Origin: an uncultured Chloroflexia bacterium
GTDB lineage: Bacteria; Chloroflexota; Limnocylindria; Limnocylindrales; CSP1-4
Length of the DNA: 64,000 nucleotides
Assembly (NCBI GenBank): GCA_963724095.1
Contig: CAVRTH010000005.1
Coordinates: forward strand, 906,410-970,409
Reading direction: 5' to 3'
A program made the translations under genes and the position numbers. The notes beneath the pieces were generated by a model. It was given only the letters and a program-made list of their open reading frames with translations, searched no databases and was not told the DNA's origin. This document shows positions 39,452 to 47,737 of the stretch, in pieces; the first letter of the stretch is position 1, and every line of letters begins with the position of its first letter.

Positions 39452-40246
39452 CTAGTGCGTGAGCTGACGAAGATGTCCGTCCGCGAGGCGCAGGAACACC
39501 TCCGGCGTTTCGATGTGAGGTGTGTGTCCGGCACGTCCGATGATCTCGAGGCGGGCACCGGGGATACCCTCGGCGACGACGCCGGCGCGGGCCAGACCGG
39601 CTGGGTCGAGCGCTCCCGCGATGACCAGCGTGGGCGCCGTGATCTCGCCAAGGCGTTCGTGCAGCGGCATCATCACTCCCTGGCCGGCACCGCGCAGGGA
39701 GGCCGCGAGGCCGACTGGATCATGGCCCAGCCGCTCGGTCCGCAGGCGATCGCGCTGCTCGGACGAGAGGGCAGCGTGGCTGGCGAACAGCGGTTGTGCT
39801 TCCCAGCGCTGTGCGAAGGCTTCCAGGCCCTCGCGCTCGAGGTCGGCAGCGAGGCGCTCGTCCGCCCTCGTTCGCTCGACGCGCGACGCAGCATCGGCGA
39901 TGCCGGCCGAAGGACTCTCGAGCACCAGGCTCGACACGAGATCCCGATGCTCCAGGGCCAGCACCAGTGCCAGCCGAGCCCCCATGGAGTAGCCCACCAC
40001 GGACACCGGGACAGCGTCGAGCAGATGCAGCAGTTCGGCCAGGTCGTCGGCCTGTCGTGGTAGGGCGTACGAGCCAGGGTCGGGTGGGGCATCGGAACCA
40101 GCGTGGCCCAGCAGATCGGGAGCGATGCAGCGGCGGTCAGCTGACCAGGACTTGACCTGCTCGTCCCACGTGCGCGCGCTGCCGCTGAAGCCATGCAGCA
40201 GCAGCATCGCCGGGCCATCCCCCGCCGTCAGCACGTTCAGGCTCAT
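39452..40246 (-). CDS. menH: SHCHC synthase (alpha/beta hydrolase)
   Basis: Motifs LLLHGFSGS and [11 protein letters not shown]. Located between menD and menB. Confidence 0.75.
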   Translation of the reverse strand: MSLNVLTAGDGPAMLLLHGFSGSARTWDEQVKSWSADRRCIAPDLLGHAGSDAPPDPGSYALPRQADDLAELLHLLDAVPVSVVGYSMGARLALVLALEHRDLVSSLVLESPSAGIADAASRVERTRADERLAADLEREGLEAFAQRWEAQPLFASHAALSSEQRDRLRTERLGHDPVGLAASLRGAGQGVMMPLHERLGEITAPTLVIAGALDPAGLARAGVVAEGIPGARLEIIGRAGHTPHIETPEVFLRLADGHLRQLTH

Positions 40247-41985
40247 GCGAGCCTCTCCAGTGCGCCGGCCACGGCGGCCAGTGCCCCGCGATGCAGCTCC
40301 ACGTTGCGGGTACGGTCGGTGCGCAGCTCCAGCACCTGCACGCCCGGACGCATCAGCGAATCGCCCATCGCGTCGAGCAGGCTGGCATCGTCGCGGGCCA
40401 TCACATGCTCCGCGCCCAGGGCCTTCAGCAGCGGCCCGAAGGCGACGCCGTGGGGTGTGCCGAAGAGCTCTTCGTAGTGCGCGGGCAGGCCGGCCTCCGG
40501 AAGGTCGGCGGTCGCCTGGGGCAGGAAGGAGAAGATGCCACCACCATCGTTGTTGAGCAGCACCAGCGTGGCGCTGATGCGCAGTCGCCGGGCCGCGATG
40601 AGCGCATTGAGGTCGTGCAGGAAGCTGACGTCGCCGATGACCGCCAGCACCGGCTCATCCTGGGCCGCGGCAACCCCCAACGCGGTCGAGACGAGGCCGT
40701 CGATGCCGTTGCTGCCGCGGTTGCCCAGGCAGCGGAATTCCCGCTCGGACCGCGGCAGGAACGTCTCAAGGTCGCGGACGGGCATGCTGTTGCCAGCGAA
40801 CAGGATCGTGCCATCGGGCGCGGCCGTCGCGAGCCGCTCGAACACTGCGCCCTCGAATCGCTCCCTTCGTCCCGCTCGCCATCGGCCCAGCGCCCGGGCT
40901 GCGGCGGCCTCGGCCGACTGCCAGCTCGCGAGCCAGCCGGTGCCTGTCGGGGGCGGTGACAGCATCTCCGCCAGGTCGGCGGCGAAGGCGACGGGATCGG
41001 CCTCCACGAGCAGCGGCTCCGGTGGCCGCTCCCAGCCACCGCCATCGTCGATGAGCATCTGGGGTGCAGACAGGGAACCGAGCATCTGGTCGAGCGCCTT
41101 GGATGTCGGTGTACCGCCGAAGCGCAGCAGCAGGTCCGGGGCGGGCCAGCGCTGCACGGTCCGGGTGCGCAGGAGCAGGTCGTGGTGGGCGATGACGTGG
41201 GAGCGGTCGTGCCGGCCACTGCGAAGATTGGACAAGCCGTCGGCGATGAGCGGGAAGCCGGACGTGGCTGCCAGCCGGGTCACGGCGGCGGCGAAGCCGG
41301 GCGCATCGAGCGGGCCACAGACGATGAGGCCGCGCTGCGCGGCACTGACCGCGGCAGCCGCAGGCTCGAGGTCCGCGGTCGAGATGGCGCGGGGCTGCAG
41401 CTCGGCTGGCCCGATGGTGACGGGAGACCCCGCGAGGGGACCGTCGGGCAGCAATGGCTCACGGAACGGCAGGTTGAGCTGGACCGGCCCAGGCGGCACG
41501 GCGAGCGCCTGCGCGACGACGCCGGCGACGACCCCACGAACCTGCAGCGCAGCCTCGTCCGTGCCCTCTGGCACCGGCAGCTCGGCGTACCCCTTGGCGT
41601 GCCGACCGAAGAGCTCGACCTGGTCGATCGTCTGCGGCGCACCACGCCCCTGCAGCTCGGGTGGTCGGTCCGCGGTCAGCAGGATGAGTGGCACCCGACC
41701 GTAGCGAGCCTCGGTAACGGCCGGGGCGAAGTTCACCGCCGCGGTCCCGGACGTGGCCAGGACAGCCACCGGCAGCCGGGAAGCCTTGGCCATGCCGAGC
41801 GCGAAGAAGGCGCCGGCCCGCTCGTCGAGATGGACCCAGCAACGCAGATCATCGGCAGCCCGCAGCGCCAGCGCCAGCGGTGTCGAACGTGAACCCGGGC
41901 AGATCACGACATCGCGCACACCGGCTCGCACGAGTTCCTCGGCGATGGCGCGCAGTGGCCCGGCCGGCGTGGCGTAGCCGCTCAC
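40243..41985 (-). CDS. menD: SEPHCHC synthase (ThDP-dependent)
   Basis: Start at GTG 41985-41983, overlapping the menF stop (GTGA). Motifs ICPGSRSTPL and GDVSFLHDLNAL...NNDGGGIF. Confidence 0.9.
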   Translation of the reverse strand: MSGYATPAGPLRAIAEELVRAGVRDVVICPGSRSTPLALALRAADDLRCWVHLDERAGAFFALGMAKASRLPVAVLATSGTAAVNFAPAVTEARYGRVPLILLTADRPPELQGRGAPQTIDQVELFGRHAKGYAELPVPEGTDEAALQVRGVVAGVVAQALAVPPGPVQLNLPFREPLLPDGPLAGSPVTIGPAELQPRAISTADLEPAAAAVSAAQRGLIVCGPLDAPGFAAAVTRLAATSGFPLIADGLSNLRSGRHDRSHVIAHHDLLLRTRTVQRWPAPDLLLRFGGTPTSKALDQMLGSLSAPQMLIDDGGGWERPPEPLLVEADPVAFAADLAEMLSPPPTGTGWLASWQSAEAAAARALGRWRAGRRERFEGAVFERLATAAPDGTILFAGNSMPVRDLETFLPRSEREFRCLGNRGSNGIDGLVSTALGVAAAQDEPVLAVIGDVSFLHDLNALIAARRLRISATLVLLNNDGGGIFSFLPQATADLPEAGLPAHYEELFGTPHGVAFGPLLKALGAEHVMARDDASLLDAMGDSLMRPGVQVLELRTDRTRNVELHRGALAAVAGALERLA

Positions 41986-43342
41986 GGCTCGATCCTTCCC
42001 AAGGCAGAGCCGAGTGCCAACAGCTTGTGCGACGATTCGTCCCACTCCCTTGCAGGATCGGAGTCGGCCACGATGCCACAGCCGGCGAAGAGCGAGGCTC
42101 GCCTTCCATCGATGACCCCCGATCGCAGCGCGACCACGAAGTCGCCATCACCGTGACGGTCGACCCACCCAAGTGGTCCGGCGTACCATCCACGCTCGAA
42201 GGATTCCTCCTCGGCGATCAACTCCAGCGCCAGTCCGCGCGGCGAACCACCCACAGCGGGCGTGGGATGCAGTCGCTCCACCAGCGTGAGCACGTCGCCA
42301 TCGTCACGCAGCCTGCCCGAGACCGCCGTGAGCAGATGCTGGACATGGCGTAGACGCACGATCTCCGGTCGGGGGGCGACGTCGATCCACTCGACCAGCG
42401 GGGCCAGGGCCTCCCGCAGCATGGCGACCACGACGGCATGCTCCTCGCGCTCCTTGTCACTGCTCACCAGCCCAGACGCCAGCGCCGCGTCGGTGCCCGC
42501 GTCGGCGGAGCGGGGCGCGGAACCGGCCATGGCCATGGTCAGCAGCTCGCGACCGTGGAGGCTGACGAGGCGCTCAGGCGTGGCGCCGACGAAGGAACGC
42601 GCGCCGCGCGAGATGGCAAAGAGGGTCGATTCGGGCGCCGAGGCAGCGAGCCGAGAAGGACACCGGCCACCCCGATGTCCTCCGCCGCCTCCAGGTCCAC
42701 GCGCCGCGCCAGCACAGCCTTGTCGAGCCGGCCGCGTCCGACCGCGCCGGCCAGACGCGCGACCGAGTCTCCCCAGGCCGACACCTCCGGTCGTCGGCCC
42801 ACGACGTGCAGCGCGTCGGCGCGAGCGGTCGTCCGTGAAACGCCCGCGTCGGCCACCAGCCCTTCCCATGTCCGCAGCAGGGACTCGGGGCCCGGGGCCG
42901 AACCGACGCGCCAGGACAACGTGAGCCAGGCACCCTCGATCGTCCTGGTCAGCAGCAGCGACGGCAATACCAGGCAGGCGGGCTCGAAGCCGCGCCACAC
43001 GCTCGACGCGGCGGGCTCGTCGTCGAAGCTGAAGCCACCCAGCAGCAGCGGGCCTGCACCACGCGGGCCATCGGCGGCGTCGATCGTCGCGCCGGCCAGC
43101 AACTCGGCCCATGCCTCCGACGCAGCGCGGAATCGGTGCGGACCGCCGCCAGGTCGCGCCGCCCAGGCTTCGCCGATCCCGACCAGCGAGAAGTCCTGCT
43201 CCGGTTGCGACCACAGCGACGCAGCGAGGTTCCTTGCCGCCGCGTGCAGCGCCAACGGGTCCACGGCCGGCACCGGCAGCGTGATCGACACCAACGTCCC
43301 AGCCCGGCGAGATGCAGCGGCGGCGTGCAGCGATTCGACCAC
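41982..43342 (-). pseudogene. menF: Isochorismate synthase, one frame break as sequenced
   Basis: The N-terminal half is in ORF 42539-43489; start proposed at GTG 43342. The C-terminal chorismate-binding half (FVGATPERLV...AMAGS...LHPTPAVGG...GWYAGPLGW) is in ORF 41982-43214. The break is at ~42650-42660. Confidence 0.75.
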
Positions 43343-43365
43343 CGTCCGTGAGGGTGATAGACGGA

Positions 43366-43989
43366 TCAGAGTCGCACCTCCTCGAGTGCGACGATGCGGG
43401 CTTCGGGGATGCCCACGCTGCGCAACAGGATCGCTCGCAGTGTCGGATAGGCGTCCTCGAGACGGCCGGGCTCGTCGTCCATCAGCCATCGCATCACGAC
43501 CTCGTTGAGCGCGCCGAACCAGGCCATCGCGGCGATGCGAGCATCGATGGGCGGGATGCTACCCTCGGCGACCGCCGCCTCGAGCTGCTCGGCGATGAGC
43601 CCGCCGAAGCGCTCATGGAGCCGTTGCAATTCGGCCTGGAATTCCGATCCCGCCCCCACCGCGTCGATGAGGAAGAGCCGGGCCATGGTGCGATGTCCGG
43701 CAAAGACGCCCAGTACGGTGCGCAACGCGATATCCGCCCGTTCGATGGGATCGGATACGCCGGCCATCGAGCGTTCGACCTTGCCCACGAGTCGGTCGGC
43801 AGTGTTCCGCAACAGCTCAAGGAACAGTGACTCCTTGGTGGGGAAGTGGAAGTAGACACCACCCTTGCTGGTCTCCGCCTGACGCCCCACCTCATCGACG
43901 CCTGCCTGCCGATATCCCCGACGGCTGAAGACCGTGAACGCGGCATCGAGGATGCGCTCACGCCGCCGCGCGCTTCGTTCCTGCTTCAC
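43366..43989 (-). CDS. TetR-family transcriptional regulator
   Basis: Start proposed at GTG 43989 (VKQERSARRRERILDAAFTVFSRRGYRQAGVDEVGRQAETSKGGVYFHFPTKESLF). The upstream part of track ORF 43366-44160 overlaps the rrf2 promoter and start and looks non-coding. Confidence 0.8.
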   Translation of the reverse strand: MKQERSARRRERILDAAFTVFSRRGYRQAGVDEVGRQAETSKGGVYFHFPTKESLFLELLRNTADRLVGKVERSMAGVSDPIERADIALRTVLGVFAGHRTMARLFLIDAVGAGSEFQAELQRLHERFGGLIAEQLEAAVAEGSIPPIDARIAAMAWFGALNEVVMRWLMDDEPGRLEDAYPTLRAILLRSVGIPEARIVALEEVRL

Positions 43990-44143
43990 CCGTTCGGTGG
44001 CCTCCGATCTGACTTCCGACCGAGTGGTCGGTTTTTCAGGACGGCAGCGTACCAAAGGTGGCCCGTGCGGGACAGACCGGGCAGAGCCGGCAGGAGCCAG
44101 GCTCCCGCACAATCCCGACCGAAATAGGGGACAATAGGGCCCG

Positions 44144-44659
44144 ATGAGAGTCTCCGCCAAGGTCGACTACGCTGCCCGAGCCGCCGCCGAACTGGCCACC
44201 GCCACCGACGCGCCCGTCAAGGCCGATCGCATCGCGGAGGCCCAGGACATCCCGGCCAAGTTCCTCGAGACCATCCTGCTGGAGCTCAAGCACGCCGGTA
44301 TCGTGCGCAGCCAGCGCGGCCCCGACGGCGGCTACACGCTGGCCCGTCCGGCGGAGGAGATCAGCCTTGCCGACGTCATCCGTGCAGTCGACGGCCCCCT
44401 CGCCAACGTCCGTGGTGATCGTCCTGAGAACATGGAGTATCGCGGTGCGGCGGAGCCATTGACGGACGTCTGGATCGCCGTTCGGGCGGCGCTGCGGGAC
44501 ATCCTCGAGACCACCACCCTGGCGCACTTGCGCGACGGCCAGTTGCCGCCCAACGTCGCCGAGCTGGCCGAGGTCACCCGAGGCCTGGGTGTCACTGGGG
44601 CGCATCCGTGGGGCAGCACCGACTGGCGGTCGGAACCGTGCTCAGCCGAAGGTCAGTAG
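44144..44659 (+). CDS. Rrf2-family transcriptional regulator
   Basis: Sequence is MRVSAKVDYAARAAAELA...IAEAQDIPAKFLETILLELKHAGIVRSQRGPDGGYTLARP. Confidence 0.85.
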   Translation: MRVSAKVDYAARAAAELATATDAPVKADRIAEAQDIPAKFLETILLELKHAGIVRSQRGPDGGYTLARPAEEISLADVIRAVDGPLANVRGDRPENMEYRGAAEPLTDVWIAVRAALRDILETTTLAHLRDGQLPPNVAELAEVTRGLGVTGAHPWGSTDWRSEPCSAEGQ

Positions 44660-46165
44660 CGCCAAGTCGTAGATCGCGACCTCGCTCGCGCCCTCGAGCG
44701 TGAGGCGCACCGAGTCGATGGTTCGCGGCTTCTTCTCCAGGGCCACCAGGCCGACATACGTGCCCGGGCCCGGCATCTCGTAGCTGGCCGCGCCGCGCCA
44801 CTCCCCTCCCTCTCTCGCAGCCAGCCCGACGGCGATCGGCACTGTTCCGGCCCGCTCCACGCGCAGCACGTACGCCAGGGCGTGGCAGCGCAGCTGTGGA
44901 CCGCCGGCGGGGACGACGAGCGAGCCGGCAGCAGCGTGGAAGCGCACGAGCGGCACCCCGCTGCTCTCGAGCGCGCCACCCTCGACTCCGAGCTCGAGCG
45001 TGCTGTCAGTCAGCGACCAGGTCACCTCGGCCCCCAGCCAGGCCATCTCCTGGGTGATGTGCTGCGAGGCCAGGAACCGACCGGCGGCGGGCACGTACCG
45101 GGCATCCTCTGCGCGAACCATGGCGCCCCGGACACCCGGCATCGGCAGCGATCGGAAGGAGCGTTTCTTGCGGGCCGCGGTCAGGCCAGCGGCCTCATTG
45201 GACACGACGGCCGTGGCCTCCTGGCCGAACATGTCGCTGATGGGGAAGCCCTTCAGGCGCAGCTTGCTGCCGTAGCGCGAAGGACTGCGCGCCAGCGTCC
45301 GCATCTCCTCCATCAGTGCCCGCGTGCGCGGCTGCCAGCGGTCGATGACGTGATCGACCTGCGCGGGGATATCGAAGGGCACGTCCGGCAGTCGGAAGGC
45401 GTGCGTAGATGTCGTGGCGCGAGTGCGCTTGGCCTCGAACTCACTGCGCGACTTGGTGAAGTAGTGGTTCATCTGGAGGTTGGCGTAGGTCGGATCTTCG
45501 ATCGCCGTCGCCTCTTCCGAGGTCGGCACACCCGCGGTGTTGACCGTGCGGCCGTGCACGGTCGCGGCGTTGTGGATGCCCACACGGGCCACCCCGCGCG
45601 GCCTGACGATGGGCTTGGCCAGCACCTCCGAGGTGCCCATGCGCGGCACCTGCTCGCTGAACTCGCGGTAGTTCTCCGTGACCAGGCCCAGCGGTGGTGT
45701 GCGATGCCCGGAATAGCAGAACTCCTTGCGCGACACCAGCACCTGTTCGGCATCGGGATAGCGGGACATGACCTCGCTGATGGACTCGTCCCGCTGGGGC
45801 ACCAGGAATTCGTCGATGTCGACATAGGCGATCCACTCACAGGTGTCGCCGAAGAAGCGCACCACGTGGTTGTTGGCATCGCGCTGCAGGCCGCGCAGAG
45901 GGAAGTAGACCGTGGTGACGATGCCGTGGTCGGCATAGGGCTTCAGGACATCGTGCAGCTCGTCCGTGCTGCCGTTGTCGTAGAGGAAGAAATGGTCCAC
46001 GCCGATAGCCATGTGGTGACAGAGCCACTCCTCCATGTTGGGCGCCTCGTCCTTGAGGATGGCCATGACACAGACGTCGAAGCGGCCCCGATCCATGAGG
46101 GCAGGGCGGATCTTCTGCTCCTGCGGCCGGCCCAGGATGTGGCCCACTCGCTTGCTCAGTGCCAT
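44642..46165 (-). CDS. GT-A-fold glycosyltransferase-like protein (Glyco_tranf_2_4/GT92-like N-domain) plus unassigned C-terminal domain; paralog A
   Basis: 507 aa. Motifs VCVMAILKDEAPNMEEWLCHHMAIGVDHFFLYDNGSTDE, DxD-like YVDIDEFLVP, and NHYFTKSRSEFEAKR. The C-terminal ~220 aa have no recognizable family and end in IYDLALLTFG. Confidence 0.7.
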   Translation of the reverse strand: MALSKRVGHILGRPQEQKIRPALMDRGRFDVCVMAILKDEAPNMEEWLCHHMAIGVDHFFLYDNGSTDELHDVLKPYADHGIVTTVYFPLRGLQRDANNHVVRFFGDTCEWIAYVDIDEFLVPQRDESISEVMSRYPDAEQVLVSRKEFCYSGHRTPPLGLVTENYREFSEQVPRMGTSEVLAKPIVRPRGVARVGIHNAATVHGRTVNTAGVPTSEEATAIEDPTYANLQMNHYFTKSRSEFEAKRTRATTSTHAFRLPDVPFDIPAQVDHVIDRWQPRTRALMEEMRTLARSPSRYGSKLRLKGFPISDMFGQEATAVVSNEAAGLTAARKKRSFRSLPMPGVRGAMVRAEDARYVPAAGRFLASQHITQEMAWLGAEVTWSLTDSTLELGVEGGALESSGVPLVRFHAAAGSLVVPAGGPQLRCHALAYVLRVERAGTVPIAVGLAAREGGEWRGAASYEMPGPGTYVGLVALEKKPRTIDSVRLTLEGASEVAIYDLALLTFG

Positions 46166-46174
46166 GGCGGAAGC

Positions 46175-47722
46175 CTAGCCGTTGGAGATGACGAAGAGAT
46201 CGTAGATGTCGATCTGCTCGGCGTCACTCTTGATGCCGAGGCGCAGCCAGCGGCCATGGAGGGGCCGAGGCTCGACCTCCACGATGCCGGCCAGCGCCGT
46301 GGATGCCGGCAACTCCAGCTCGATGTGCTCGCTCGACGGATCATCCTCGCTGGCCACGGAAGCCTCGACCCGGACCGGCCCATCGGCGGCAACCACGAAC
46401 CCCAGCGAATAGCACCGCCGTGCCCCGTCCTCGAGCAGCGGCAGCAGCAGCTCGGCTGAGCCGGTGGGCAGATGCAGGCGTGCCGGACCGGTAGCCGGAA
46501 CGGCGAGCGTGCCGCCGCTCGCGGTCATGGGCAGCTCCTTGGACGTGGACAGGGTCGTCTCGAGGCGGCCGCGCATGTGCTGGACGAGCGCGTCGGTATG
46601 GACAGAGCTCGAGAGCCCCTCGCGCACGGGCGTGTAGCCGGACTCGGCAAGGTCCACCACCAAGCCCACGCCGGGGTACAGGTTCTTGAGGCGGATGGCC
46701 GCCACGCGTCCTGGCTCGGGGAGTGCGGCGGCCGTGTTGGCGATAGCGAACTCGCCGAAGCGGAAGAGGTCATTGGGTCGCGGGAAGTACTCGAGCGCCA
46801 GCTGGCTGCCATAGGCATACGGCCTCGCCTCCAAGCTGCGCAGCCGCTCAAGGCTCGCCTGGGTGCGTGCCGAGTATCGCTGCGCGGCGTCGTCGATGGC
46901 GATGGTCTCGATGTCGAACCGAACAGCCGGCCGTGCGATGCGGCCAGTGGCGCTGCCACGGAAGCGCTTGGCCTCGAATTCATCGAATGAGCGCGTGTAG
47001 TAGTGGTTCAGCTGAGCGATGCCACGCACCGACTCCTCGGCCGTCTCGGTGGCTGCCCCCGGCGCCGGCACATCGGCGGGGAACGCGAGGTGGACGTCGA
47101 CCGCGGAGACCGCGCCTGGCTGCACGATCGACTTCACCCGCGGTGGCAGCGCAGGGTCAAGATCGAGTACGTTGGCCACCTGGGTGTAGGCATCGATGGC
47201 GAGTGCCTTGGGGGGTGTCCGGTGACCCGAGAAACCGAACTCGAGACGGGGTACGCGCACTACCGCTGCATCTTCGAAACGCTCCAGGAAGCTCGGGATG
47301 TCGTCATCGAGCAGGGGCACCAGGAACTCGTCGACGTCGTAGTAGGCCAGCCAGCGAGTCGTCGCCCCGAACATCCGCAGCGCGTGGTTGTAGGCGGCCA
47401 GCTGGCCGCCACCGAGGGGCCAGTCGATGCGCGTGACCAAGCCATGATTGATGTAGCGCTCGAGCAGGCCCGCGCTGCCATCGGTCGAGCCGTTGTCGTA
47501 GATGACGAAGTGATCGACGCCCAGCGCGACGTGATAGGCCAGCCACTCCTCGAGGTAGTCAGCCTCGTCCTTGACGATGCAGACGATGACGACCCTGAAT
47601 CCAGGCCCACCCAGCAGAGGCCCGCGGCCGACCACGTTGGGCGGCTTCGCGCGCAGCATCTTGCCCTTGGTCGCGCCCTTGGCCTTGACGGACATCCGAC
47701 CCAGGCGGCGTCGCAGCGTCAT
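46175..47722 (-). CDS. GT-A-fold glycosyltransferase-like protein plus unassigned C-terminal domain; paralog B
   Basis: 515 aa. Motifs VVIVCIVKDEADYLEEWLAYHVALGVDHFVIYDNGSTDG, YYDVDEFLVP and NHYYTRSFDEFEAKRFRGSATGRIARP. Ends in IYDLFVISNG. Confidence 0.7.
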   Translation of the reverse strand: MTLRRRLGRMSVKAKGATKGKMLRAKPPNVVGRGPLLGGPGFRVVIVCIVKDEADYLEEWLAYHVALGVDHFVIYDNGSTDGSAGLLERYINHGLVTRIDWPLGGGQLAAYNHALRMFGATTRWLAYYDVDEFLVPLLDDDIPSFLERFEDAAVVRVPRLEFGFSGHRTPPKALAIDAYTQVANVLDLDPALPPRVKSIVQPGAVSAVDVHLAFPADVPAPGAATETAEESVRGIAQLNHYYTRSFDEFEAKRFRGSATGRIARPAVRFDIETIAIDDAAQRYSARTQASLERLRSLEARPYAYGSQLALEYFPRPNDLFRFGEFAIANTAAALPEPGRVAAIRLKNLYPGVGLVVDLAESGYTPVREGLSSSVHTDALVQHMRGRLETTLSTSKELPMTASGGTLAVPATGPARLHLPTGSAELLLPLLEDGARRCYSLGFVVAADGPVRVEASVASEDDPSSEHIELELPASTALAGIVEVEPRPLHGRWLRLGIKSDAEQIDIYDLFVISNG

Positions 47723-47737
47723 GTGCCGTGCTCCTGC

